Source: Saccharolobus sp. A20 (GTDB taxonomy: Archaea > Thermoproteota > Thermoprotei_A > Sulfolobales > Sulfolobaceae). Taken from it: DNA of 24,000 nucleotides. The translations under genes and the position numbers were made by a program. Positions 7,201 through 15,890 of the stretch are shown in pieces (the stretch's first letter is position 1; each line of letters starts with the position of its first letter). The stretch is taken from NCBI RefSeq assembly GCF_001719125.1, contig NZ_CP017006.1, positions 1,912,384 through 1,936,383 of the forward strand. Reading direction: 5' to 3'. Under the pieces are notes generated by a model. It was not told where the DNA came from, did not search any database, and saw only the letters and a list, made by a program, of their open reading frames with translations.

Positions 7201-8676
7201 TTAGTATAACAGTGGGACACTATTGATACTCATATATATTCCCCATAGTATAAACGCTAACATTAATAGGACAGAGAGATCGTATCTAAAGTTCTTTAAG
7301 GCATATGCTAATGGAATAAATAGGGGTAGGTCAATGATTAGGTTAGTAGCAGAACCAATAAACAGTGTTCCTATAACTGAAATAATATATAGTATGTTCA
7401 CCATTTCATTCTTTAAATATCTATTACCGAGTGCAGAGATTAGAAAATAAAGTAATGCATTATTAGAACCCCAGCTAACTACAGCTATCTGATAAATTAG
7501 TTGGTTATAATTAAGGATGTTTAGAGAGAATGGAACAGGGAATTTGCCAATAAATATCATTATTAGTCCGAAGGAAAGGAAAGGAAGTATTGTACTTATA
7601 TATATTTTTTCATATTTATCTAAATTATATTTTTTCATTATTCTTCTAAAAGCATAATAAATCAAGATTCCACCGGCTAGTTGTGCCCATGCATAAATAT
7701 GAGATAACATAGCTAGAAAGGATAGTAACATTGCTAGTCCTAATTTTTCTCTCTTTATAAGATAAGACATTGATAAAAACATTAGTGATATTGAAAAAAG
7801 GTTAGCATCTAAACCTGAATAAAGGAATGTGATTAACATAGGGGATACTACGGCTAATAGTGAAGACAAAGGTGCTATTGACTTATCTATAGAGGAGGAT
7901 AATTTGTATGCAGAAAATGTGTACAACAACGAGAGGAATACGAATTGGTAGAATGTAGTTAAGTACGGTTTAAATAAAAAAGACAAAATGAGAAGAAATA
8001 TTAAATAAAAAGGTCTTGTGTCAAAAAACCATCCACTAAATTGAGGATTCATTAACCATGAAAAATAATATCTAAAATCTACAGTTTCAGGAATTTTGGA
8101 GGGATTTAGGCTAGGCAAGTAAGGCAGCAAAGATATACATAAAACGACGATAAACGGTAAGATAGGATTGATATTTATTGCATTATTGTTTGTTTTTTTG
8201 TGAGGAATTAAGGCAAATATAATACCAATAAACCATACAATTGGTATAATAGTGGGTAATCCGATTTGAAAGATCATTAATGGTATAGATAAGTATGTAT
8301 TGATATTGAATATTAAACGTATTAATATCCATGAAATCATAGAAGAATCCAATATTATAAGTAATAATAATAAAAGTGATGAGGGATACTGTTTTCTCCT
8401 AGTTATTTCGAAGAGAAGAATAAGGATAGCGGAGATTGATTGAATGACGTAAGGGTAAAAGAATGATAATAATGATACCGGGATTAAGAAAACATATTTT
8501 TTATGATCATAGAATGCCAATAATGCGGATGACAGTATTATCAGTATAATTGATAGAAAGTCAGATTTAAAAATTGGATAATAAGTAATTCTATTAATTG
8601 TAAGATATATACCAGAGGCTAAAATATAGGAAATAAAAATGAGAAGTAGTGAGATCCATGGAATGTGAACTTTCAA
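7201..8676 (-). CDS. polytopic integral membrane protein (roughly a dozen or more TM segments, no large soluble domain); family not recognised
   Basis: 491-aa uninterrupted ORF, almost entirely hydrophobic segments separated by short loops. Starts 11 nt after the stop of the 159-aa ORF. Confidence 0.75.
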   Translation of the reverse strand: MKVHIPWISLLLIFISYILASGIYLTINRITYYPIFKSDFLSIILIILSSALLAFYDHKKYVFLIPVSLLSFFYPYVIQSISAILILLFEITRRKQYPSSLLLLLLIILDSSMISWILIRLIFNINTYLSIPLMIFQIGLPTIIPIVWFIGIIFALIPHKKTNNNAININPILPFIVVLCISLLPYLPSLNPSKIPETVDFRYYFSWLMNPQFSGWFFDTRPFYLIFLLILSFLFKPYLTTFYQFVFLSLLYTFSAYKLSSSIDKSIAPLSSLLAVVSPMLITFLYSGLDANLFSISLMFLSMSYLIKREKLGLAMLLSFLAMLSHIYAWAQLAGGILIYYAFRRIMKKYNLDKYEKIYISTILPFLSFGLIMIFIGKFPVPFSLNILNYNQLIYQIAVVSWGSNNALLYFLISALGNRYLKNEMVNILYIISVIGTLFIGSATNLIIDLPLFIPLAYALKNFRYDLSVLLMLAFILWGIYMSINSVPLLY

Positions 8677-8687
8677 ACTTTTGATTG

Positions 8688-9167
8688 CTATAATTTTCTA
8701 TCACCTCTAGTTACAATTCTAAATAATATTAGAGAAAATAATAGAGCCATAACTGATCCTAGAACTGTATAACTATTATTAAAAAGCGATATACCAGCTA
8801 ATTTATCTAAATTTGGAAACGTCGAGTTTGAAATTCCTGGATAGTGTGCACTAACAAGGCACATTATGGAATTATAATTTTCCTTCTTTAAAATCAACCC
8901 ATTATAAGCGACAATTATTTTTCCATTATCGGACGAATATGCTAGTATTTTATTTCCATTTAAATGATAATATATAGCATTTCCAGAAACATTTGAAAAT
9001 ATTTGTTCCGGTTCTATGGAAGCATTATAATTTAATATGGTGTGAGAATATGGATTTATAACATATACTGAAACTATTTTTAAGGAGATATTTGATATAA
9101 AAACATAAATTATATAGTATGTTATGTTATTGTCTATCACTTTATACTCTAAAAAGAAAGGATTCAT
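8688..9167 (-). CDS. hypothetical beta-rich protein with a single C-terminal TM anchor (paralog of 5397-5891)
   Basis: 159 aa. C-terminal YTVLGSVMALLFSLILFRIV followed by TRGDRKL. Divergent from arlB across a 124-bp intergenic region. Confidence 0.6.
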   Translation of the reverse strand: MNPFFLEYKVIDNNITYYIIYVFISNISLKIVSVYVINPYSHTILNYNASIEPEQIFSNVSGNAIYYHLNGNKILAYSSDNGKIIVAYNGLILKKENYNSIMCLVSAHYPGISNSTFPNLDKLAGISLFNNSYTVLGSVMALLFSLILFRIVTRGDRKL

Positions 9168-9245
9168 GCTATTTCTTTAATAGAATAATGTTCTTAAAAA
9201 ACTCCTTATTTTATCGGTGACTGGTAGTCGAAAGTAATGGAGAGG

Positions 9246-9253
9246 TTTTTAAA
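9246..9253 (+). promoter_or_regulatory. TATA-box candidate of the archaellin (arlB) promoter
   Basis: TTTTTAAA is centred about 42 nt upstream of the ATG at 9292. A GGTGA Shine-Dalgarno-like motif at 9277-9281 would lie in the short leader. Confidence 0.4.
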
Positions 9254-9291
9254 GACCAAAGGACAGTTTTCTTTTAGGTGAGTGAAAAGAT

Positions 9292-10212
9292 ATGGGATTT
9301 AAAAAAGTAATAAAAGAATATAATAAAAAAATGAAAAGAAAAGGATTAGCTGGTTTGGACACTGCGATAATATTAATAGCTTTTATAATAACTGCTTCAG
9401 TATTAGCATATGTTGCGATAAATATGGGATTATTTGTGACACAGAAAGCAAAATCAACAATAGATAAAGGTGAGGAGACAGCATCTACAGCATTAACTCT
9501 GTCTGGGTCGGTGTTGTATGCAGTTAATTATCCATCTAATTCCAGAAGTTATTGGATATACTTTACTGTTTCTCCAAGCTCTGGAGTATCAAGTGTAGAA
9601 CTATCGCCTGCAACTACTGCAATATCATTCACTGCCTCCGCATTAGGAGTAGCATATTCCAATATTTATAAATATACTTTACTTACTGTATCTCCCTCAG
9701 AGGTCAACGGAGTAGTGTATGCTGCACCTCAATATCTAAGCCTAGCTGATCAAGAATCAAGTGGAGGGCAAACTTACGTATATTATCCTAATCCGTACTA
9801 TGCTTTACTAGCCCTCAATTATAGCTTATATCAAATGGTGCTTAGCAAGCAAATAAAATATTCACCGCTGTATATAACGACTACCAAGTCGACTTCGACT
9901 CAAACATGGCTGACATCTGATAACGTGTTTCAATTCACATTAAACATTAGCGGAACACTCGAGATATTTTATGCGTATGTTAATCAGACTTTTGCCTTTA
10001 CTTATCCAGTCGCAGGAGACCCATTAATTGGTAGTGCTATAGCACCGGCTGGTTCAGTAATAGGTGTAATGATTCTGTTCGGACCAGACCTAGGAAGCCA
10101 TGTATTCCAATACCAGACCATAACCATACAAATATCTCCTAATATTGGATCGCCACTAACCCTATCAGAATATGTATATCAACCAGAAGGAAATGTGACG
10201 GTAATAGGATAA
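9292..10212 (+). CDS. arlB: archaellin ArlB (FlaB), the only archaellin gene in the window
   Basis: 306 aa. The basic leader ...KKMKRKG is followed by LAGLDTAIILIAFIITASVLAYVAI, a class III (type IV pilin-like) signal peptide plus hydrophobic N-terminal helix. The predicted PibD-type cut after G18 puts the mature protein at nt 9346. First gene of the arl cluster. Confidence 0.95.
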   Translation: MGFKKVIKEYNKKMKRKGLAGLDTAIILIAFIITASVLAYVAINMGLFVTQKAKSTIDKGEETASTALTLSGSVLYAVNYPSNSRSYWIYFTVSPSSGVSSVELSPATTAISFTASALGVAYSNIYKYTLLTVSPSEVNGVVYAAPQYLSLADQESSGGQTYVYYPNPYYALLALNYSLYQMVLSKQIKYSPLYITTTKSTSTQTWLTSDNVFQFTLNISGTLEIFYAYVNQTFAFTYPVAGDPLIGSAIAPAGSVIGVMILFGPDLGSHVFQYQTITIQISPNIGSPLTLSEYVYQPEGNVTVIG

Positions 10213-10224
10213 AATATTAAATAA

Positions 10225-10232
10225 TTTTTTTT
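10225..10232 (+). terminator. T8 tract between arlB and arlX; candidate partial (attenuating) archaeal terminator
   Basis: TTTTTTTT lies 13 nt after the arlB stop. Archaeal termination commonly uses oligo-T tracts. Confidence 0.3.
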
Positions 10233-10264
10233 AACAAAATAAAAATTAGAACTGAGGGTTATCT

Positions 10265-11002
10265 ATGATAATTCCCAATTTTACACAGTCACCAATATTT
10301 GTAATATTAGTTGGTATAAGTCTCCCTTTAGCAATGTTCTTCCTCTTTATATTTAGGATCGTTATTCCTAGAGTGTCTAGACCTAAACCTAACCAGCAGC
10401 AGACTAGTCAGCAGGCACCTCAAAGGGAATCCCCGCACAGTAATAATCAGCAAAATAATAATCAAGAGTTAATCGAAACGTTAAAGAGTCTCGCAAATAA
10501 AATGGATAAATATCAGGGCGATTTAGCATCAATAATTAATAGTTCTATGGAGGAGATGAAGAGACTTATAAAGGACTTGAATACTTCAATAGAGGATATG
10601 GCATTATCTCTAAAGGCAACTCAGTCAGATTCTTCTTCTCCGTTTAACGTGATATCATCAGAAACTCAGAAAAACGTTGATAACCCAAGTAAAAACCTTA
10701 AGGCTGTAGCTGAAATAGTCGGTACAACAAATATCGACTTATCTAGCTTCATAAGAGGTTGCGTATTACTAGAAGTTTTAGATTATGATGAAATTAAGCT
10801 CAATTCCCTTTATGAGCTCGGGTATATATCAGCTGACGATATGTATGTTATTCTTAAAATACAAGCCTATATTAGGTCAAATAATGGAAAAATGAGAGCT
10901 AGGGACTTAGCATATGTGGCAATGAATGTGGCTGAAAGTTATTCTTCAGCATCTGCAGAAATGAAGAAATATTTATTATTGTTGGAGGGCGAAAAAAGAT
11001 GA
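10265..11002 (+). CDS. arlX: ArlX (FlaX), crenarchaeal archaellum scaffold protein
   Basis: 245 aa. N-terminal TM (IFVILVGISLPLAMFFLFIF), a Q/N-rich linker, then a helical/coiled-coil-like C-terminal part. It sits between arlB and arlG as in crenarchaeal arl operons. Confidence 0.8.
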   Translation: MIIPNFTQSPIFVILVGISLPLAMFFLFIFRIVIPRVSRPKPNQQQTSQQAPQRESPHSNNQQNNNQELIETLKSLANKMDKYQGDLASIINSSMEEMKRLIKDLNTSIEDMALSLKATQSDSSSPFNVISSETQKNVDNPSKNLKAVAEIVGTTNIDLSSFIRGCVLLEVLDYDEIKLNSLYELGYISADDMYVILKIQAYIRSNNGKMRARDLAYVAMNVAESYSSASAEMKKYLLLLEGEKR

Positions 11003-11463
11003 CAAGTGAGGTAATAAGTGAATCCATTATGTTAATTGTTGCTATAACGTTAATTGGAGTATTAGCAGGCATAGTATTCTCAGTCGTCTCATCAATCGCT
11101 ACTAGTATGTCATCTAATTCAATCTTAGAATCACAAAGGCTTCTCACAGATCTTCAAATAGATTATGCTACAAACACCAGTCCAACTATCATAGTTGTCT
11201 ATTTACATAATGTTGGGGAGGTTACAGTTTATAATCTTCAAGATGGAGTACTTTATTTTGGTGCTGATGGAAACTTGCAACAAATAGGCTTTAATTCTGG
11301 TATCAAGCCATATTGGATTGTAAGTACAAATACATTAAATCCCGGTTCCGTAGCTGAAATTACTATTTACCTATCGTCTCCTTTATCCTCAAGTCAATAT
11401 TACACTATTGAGTACGTTACCTCATATGGTTATATAGTAACATATGCTCTTAAGGCGAACTGA
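10999..11463 (+). CDS. arlG: ArlG (FlaG)
   Basis: 154 aa. N-terminal TM helix (IMLIVAITLIGVLAGIVFSVV) plus a beta-rich domain. Its ATG overlaps the arlX stop as ATGA (10999-11002). Confidence 0.8.
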   Translation: MTSEVISESIMLIVAITLIGVLAGIVFSVVSSIATSMSSNSILESQRLLTDLQIDYATNTSPTIIVVYLHNVGEVTVYNLQDGVLYFGADGNLQQIGFNSGIKPYWIVSTNTLNPGSVAEITIYLSSPLSSSQYYTIEYVTSYGYIVTYALKAN

Positions 11464-11464
11464 G

Positions 11465-11953
11465 ATGGCTGTCTCACAAGTTGTAACTTATTCTCTATTG
11501 GCAATGATAGCTTTATCGTTATTCATAATCTTTCTGACCTCATATATAAGAGGTCAACAAGTTTTAACTGATGCAGAAGAATATAAACAAGAGCTTCAAA
11601 TGGATCAATTGCAAACTAAAATTTATATTAAATCGGTATCCATTTCACAAAATTTTATGTATGTAACAATAACTAACAATGGTTCAACTAATTTATATAA
11701 ATTTAGTGAATTTTCTGTTATAGTTAAGTATTATGCTAATATTAGTAATGTGTCTACCCTATTAGTTAGTGAATATAACTACTCTAAATCACTAAGTCCT
11801 TATCTATGGACTACAAACTCAGTGTTAATAAATCCAGATAATGACGCAACGTTTATCATAGATCTGCCTTATCCACCTTATCCTAATACCTTAGGTACCA
11901 TTATTATTGCGACTAATTATGGGCCGGAAGCTATATGGAGGGGGATATTATGA
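11465..11953 (+). CDS. arlF: ArlF (FlaF)
   Basis: N-terminal TM (VVTYSLLAMIALSLFIIFLTSYI) plus a beta-rich domain. The track ORF starts at 11444. I prefer the ATG at 11465, 2 nt after the arlG stop, which gives MAVSQVV... Confidence 0.8.
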   Translation: MAVSQVVTYSLLAMIALSLFIIFLTSYIRGQQVLTDAEEYKQELQMDQLQTKIYIKSVSISQNFMYVTITNNGSTNLYKFSEFSVIVKYYANISNVSTLLVSEYNYSKSLSPYLWTTNSVLINPDNDATFIIDLPYPPYPNTLGTIIIATNYGPEAIWRGIL

Positions 11954-12636
11954 TAGTAAGTACTGGAAATGAGGATTTAGATAGAAGATTAAGCGGGATA
12001 CCATTTCCCTCCTTAATAATGTTAGAGGGAGATCATGGAACTGGAAAAAGTGTATTATGCGCTCAATTTATCTATGGGCTACTTTTAGCCGGTAAAAAAG
12101 GGTACATAATTACTACAGAGCAGACAACTAGAGATTATCTGAAGAAGATGAGGGAAGTGAAGATTAACCTTATACCATTTTTTATGAAAAATTTGATAGG
12201 AGTAGCCCCATTAAATACTTCAAGGTTTAATTGGAATTCAGATATAGCTAATAAAGTGTTAGATGTAATTATTGACTTCACTAAACGTAAAAAAATAGAT
12301 TTTATTGGCATAGACAGTTTGTCAGTAATTGCTACTTTTGCTGAAGAAAAACAAATCCTTCAATTCATGAAAGAATCAAGGGTTCTAGTTAACTTAGGAA
12401 GGCTTATAATGTTTACAATTCATCCAGATGTGTTTAATGAAGAACTTAAAAGTAGGGTAACAAGTATTGTTGACGTCTATTTTAAATTGTCATCTACAAG
12501 TATAGGAGGTAGAAGGATAAAGGTTTTAGAAAGAGTTAAGACAATAGGTGGGATTCAAGGCAATGATGCCATTTCATTCGATATTGATCCAGCTTTGGGA
12601 GTTAAAGTAGTACCATTATCATTATCGAGGGCGTGA
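11950..12636 (+). CDS. arlH: ArlH (FlaH), RecA/KaiC-like ATP-binding protein
   Basis: Walker A GDHGTGKS. The track ORF starts at 11935, but the ATG at 11950 overlaps the arlF stop as ATGA and gives [14 protein letters not shown] (228 aa). Confidence 0.9.
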   Translation: MIVSTGNEDLDRRLSGIPFPSLIMLEGDHGTGKSVLCAQFIYGLLLAGKKGYIITTEQTTRDYLKKMREVKINLIPFFMKNLIGVAPLNTSRFNWNSDIANKVLDVIIDFTKRKKIDFIGIDSLSVIATFAEEKQILQFMKESRVLVNLGRLIMFTIHPDVFNEELKSRVTSIVDVYFKLSSTSIGGRRIKVLERVKTIGGIQGNDAISFDIDPALGVKVVPLSLSRA

Positions 12637-12638
12637 TC

Positions 12639-14180
12639 ATGTCTTTCCTAGGCGACTACTTATCCAATTTTGTAGAGAAACCGTTACTCGTTAATGATCC
12701 AATCTCTCTAAAAGGTAATAAGAATTATAATGCAATATACAAAGTTGATGAATACATTTACATTCATGTAATGAGTATTAAATCAGAAGATGGATATAAC
12801 CAATACAACGTGATTGAACCGCCAAGACCTAAGAGTGAAGAAATGGAACGTATTGAGGAAAGATTTGCTAGAGAAATTGGAGATAAAGAGCCTCCACTTA
12901 AGATCGAAGAAAAAGAAAAATTGATGAAAAGAATATTGGAAAAAATTCTAGCGAAGACAAAATTATCGGTACCTAAAGATTATGCTATTTATCATTTTAT
13001 TAGAGATAAACTTTATCATGGTCCTCTAGAACCATTAATTAGAGATCCTTATATTGAAGATATTTCAGTTCCAGGTTTAGGTCATATCTATATCGTCCAT
13101 AAAATTTTTGGACCAATGCGCACGTCAATTGTCATCAATAATTATATGGAATTAGATGAGCTTATAGTGTCATTAAGTGAAAAGTCACAAAGGCCAGTAT
13201 CGCATAATCATCCTATAGTCGATTCTAGCTTACCAGATGGCTCAAGAGTAAACTTCGTCTATGGTATAGATATTAGTAGAAGAGGTTCTAATTTAACGAT
13301 AAGGAAGTTTAGTAAAGTACCGACAAGTATTACTCAATTAATTTCTTTCAAGACATTTTCTCCACTTCTTGCAGCATATATTTGGATGATGCTAGATGAA
13401 GGCATGAATGTTTTTGTCTGTGGTGAAACAGCTTCCGGAAAGACGACCACTCTTAATGCAATAACCGCATTTATCCCTCCTAATCTCAAAATAGTCACTA
13501 TAGAAGATACACCTGAATTGACTGTCCCTCACTCAAATTGGGTTGCAGAGGTAACGAGAGAAACGTCCGGGGAGGGCACTATAAAATTGTTTGATTTACT
13601 TAAAGCGGCGTTAAGGCAGAGACCTAACTACATTTTGGTTGGGGAGATAAGGGATAAAGAAGGTAATGTGGCATTTCAAGCAATGCAGACTGGGCATTCT
13701 GTGATGGCAACATTTCATGCTGCAAACATAAGGACCTTAGTCCAAAGGCTAACTGGTTATCCAATTGAGGTACCGAAGAGTTATATTAATAACCTAAATA
13801 TAGCGTTATTTCAGACGGCTCTTTATGATAACAGAGGAAATCTAATAAGACGAGTAGTAGAAGTGGATGAGATAATTGATATTGATCCTGTAACTAATGA
13901 CGTGGTTTATATCCCTTCATTTAATTATGACCCGGTTGAGGATAAGATCATATTTGCTGGAAGAGGTTCTTCATATCTAATAGAAAATAAAGTGGCTATA
14001 AGAAGGGGAATAGATAGAAAGAATATTAATATTTTATATGACGAGTTAAACTTAAAAGCAGAATTTCTTAAACTTCTTGTAGAAAAGAAAGTTTTTAATT
14101 ATTTTGATGTATGGTCGTATATATTGAAAGCAAGACAAGTAGGTATAGAGGAGGTTGTGAAATATGTCAGAAATATTTAG
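12639..14180 (+). CDS. arlI: ArlI (FlaI), type II/IV secretion-family archaellum motor/assembly ATPase
   Basis: Walker [10 protein letters not shown], Walker B/Asp-box region [15 protein letters not shown], His-box [10 protein letters not shown]. The track start is GTG 12633. ATG 12639 (MSFLGDYL...) is more likely. Confidence 0.95.
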   Translation: MSFLGDYLSNFVEKPLLVNDPISLKGNKNYNAIYKVDEYIYIHVMSIKSEDGYNQYNVIEPPRPKSEEMERIEERFAREIGDKEPPLKIEEKEKLMKRILEKILAKTKLSVPKDYAIYHFIRDKLYHGPLEPLIRDPYIEDISVPGLGHIYIVHKIFGPMRTSIVINNYMELDELIVSLSEKSQRPVSHNHPIVDSSLPDGSRVNFVYGIDISRRGSNLTIRKFSKVPTSITQLISFKTFSPLLAAYIWMMLDEGMNVFVCGETASGKTTTLNAITAFIPPNLKIVTIEDTPELTVPHSNWVAEVTRETSGEGTIKLFDLLKAALRQRPNYILVGEIRDKEGNVAFQAMQTGHSVMATFHAANIRTLVQRLTGYPIEVPKSYINNLNIALFQTALYDNRGNLIRRVVEVDEIIDIDPVTNDVVYIPSFNYDPVEDKIIFAGRGSSYLIENKVAIRRGIDRKNINILYDELNLKAEFLKLLVEKKVFNYFDVWSYILKARQVGIEEVVKYVRNI

Positions 14181-15585
14181 CAGAAAAAGTGAAATAGATT
14201 CAAAATATATTTTTATGTTAGCTTTTATGTTAGCTTTATTTTCGTCTGGTGTTCCTCCTGAGATTGTAATACTTCATCTATCAGAGGAGAGATCTTTTTA
14301 CCCATATACAAGAATTATCAGGAAAATTAAGAATTTATTGACCGGATATAGATATAAATTTTCATCCAGCATATCTTATACTGTAAGAAATGTTAAAATT
14401 AAATATATGAAAGAATTTTTGATAAGATTATCACAAGCTATAACTTTCGGAGATAATATGATTCAGTTCTTATCTAGAGAAATTGACTTCACGTTATCAG
14501 AGTACTCTGCTTCATCCGCTAGGCTTATAGAATCTATGAACAATTTCCTCACTGTATATGCGACTTTAAACAGTTCATTAACGTTTTTGATTGCTGATAT
14601 GACGATATTATCACTGATATATAATGGTGGAACTCAGTTGATATTTCAACTAACAATAATGTCGGTAATGATACTCGGAAATGTAACATTAGTGATGTAT
14701 ATAATCTATAGACCAGAAACGTATATGCAATATAATAAGTTTGACAAGTCGTTAATAGCCTTATTAATGTTAACTGGCATTACGATTTCAGTGATATTTA
14801 CGTCATATCTATACATATTATTATTAGGTATAATTTTTGTCATAGTAGGGCTAAGATATAGGTTATATGAAAATAGGATAAATAGAATTGAAAGATATTT
14901 TATATTATTCATAAGGTACTTTTCCCAAAATTACTTTATAGTAAACAATTTAAGGGATTCTTTAATGGCTGTATTAAGAGGTGACCTAGGAGATATTAGA
15001 CCTTTAATAAGAAGGGCATTAAACAGATTATTGATGGGAATAAACAAAAAGATTATTTTTGAGCTTATGGGTATGGAAAGCAAAAGCGTGCTAGTATCTA
15101 TGCTAAGCAAAGCGTTATATGAAACTATAAATATGGGAGGCAACGTATTGACTGTTGGAGAGGTAATAAGTAAAATTGGTGACGTTATATTGAACATTAG
15201 AGCTAGAAAAGAGCAGAATGGTAGAGCATTCGAAGCTTCTATATATGCGTTACAAACAGCTTCTGCTGGAGTGTCAGCGGCTTTAATATCGATAGTTGGT
15301 ATGCTCGATAGTATATTTTCTACAAGTAATGTGTCCACAATATTTAGTTTCAACCAAGTTAGTATAGATTCGATTTCAAGAATATTCTTAATTATACTAC
15401 TGATTCTAAGTTTTTCTAATGGGATAGCGATCACGTTGGCTTATGGTAGATCAGTATATGTTAGCTTGTATTTCATTGGGATATTACTAATACTAAGTTC
15501 TATAACCTACCATTTGGTTCTATTATTGACAGGTAATATCTTTAGGGCATTCAGCGGTCCTTCCGGTTTGCTTCAATTGCCTTGA
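14164..15585 (+). CDS. arlJ: ArlJ (FlaJ), polytopic membrane platform protein of the archaellum
   Basis: 473 aa with multiple TM segments and two cytoplasmic-looking domains. Overlaps the arlI end by 17 nt. Last gene of the operon. Confidence 0.9.
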   Translation: MSEIFSRKSEIDSKYIFMLAFMLALFSSGVPPEIVILHLSEERSFYPYTRIIRKIKNLLTGYRYKFSSSISYTVRNVKIKYMKEFLIRLSQAITFGDNMIQFLSREIDFTLSEYSASSARLIESMNNFLTVYATLNSSLTFLIADMTILSLIYNGGTQLIFQLTIMSVMILGNVTLVMYIIYRPETYMQYNKFDKSLIALLMLTGITISVIFTSYLYILLLGIIFVIVGLRYRLYENRINRIERYFILFIRYFSQNYFIVNNLRDSLMAVLRGDLGDIRPLIRRALNRLLMGINKKIIFELMGMESKSVLVSMLSKALYETINMGGNVLTVGEVISKIGDVILNIRARKEQNGRAFEASIYALQTASAGVSAALISIVGMLDSIFSTSNVSTIFSFNQVSIDSISRIFLIILLILSFSNGIAITLAYGRSVYVSLYFIGILLILSSITYHLVLLLTGNIFRAFSGPSGLLQLP

Positions 15586-15742
15586 TGAATCGGTATTAAC
15601 CATTATTTAAACTTTAGAAGAACCTGTGTTGTATGGATTGTTATTTCGAATTATATAAAATCTTTAACTCTACTAATGAGATTCTATGTAGGAATATAAA
15701 CTGTAATTAATATTCAAATCCTGAAATTCCGTTTGCGAATGT

Positions 15743-15890
15743 ATATGTGAACAACAATTTAATTTACTCTATAAAATTCAATTTTATTCTGAATTATGCC
15801 AATAGATTTCGAATAGGTCGTGTTAAGGAAGAATGTTTTTAACCATTTCCTTATTGTGTCTTTCGTTAAGTTCGAAGGTAAGTCCATGCT
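15743..15890 (-). mobile_element. degenerate second copy (inverted orientation) of the MITE at 17960-18215
   Basis: ATATGTGAACAACAATTT (15743-15760) matches the MITE terminal repeat GTGTGTGGACAACAATTT at 15 of 18 positions. The following ~130 nt align with the reverse complement of about 18058-18215, for example ATAAAATTCAATTTTATTC, CAATAGATTTCGA, TTATTGTGT. Beyond about 15890 the similarity fades, and the far end near 16007 is not clearly recognisable. Confidence 0.55.

Noticed and set aside
6421-7450. Plus-strand ORFs 6421-6708, 6765-7046 and 7223-7450 from the track.
   Set aside because: Each lies antisense inside a longer, better-supported minus-strand gene (the ArnR-like, 134-aa and 491-aa genes). 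No motifs.
5397-9167. Very high density of N-x-S/T sequons in the two C-terminally anchored paralogs, tempting as evidence for extracellular, N-glycosylated proteins.
   Set aside because: Asn, Ser, Thr and Ile codons are AT-rich and generally over-represented in this genome, so sequon density is not evidence of export or glycosylation. No signal peptide was seen.
10899-11147. 82-aa minus-strand ORF across the arlX/arlG junction.
   Set aside because: Antisense to two operon genes with clear identity; a shadow ORF.
14706-15434. Minus-strand ORFs 14706-14912 (68 aa) and 14931-15434 (167 aa).
   Set aside because: Both are antisense within arlJ. The hydrophobic-looking translation is the usual mirror artefact of a membrane-protein gene.
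15583-15588. TGATGA at the arlJ stop, considered as a C box of a C/D-box sRNA.
   Set aside because: No CTGA D or D' box lies at the appropriate distance (the nearest is about 135 nt away), there is no terminal stem, and the preceding base is not a purine.
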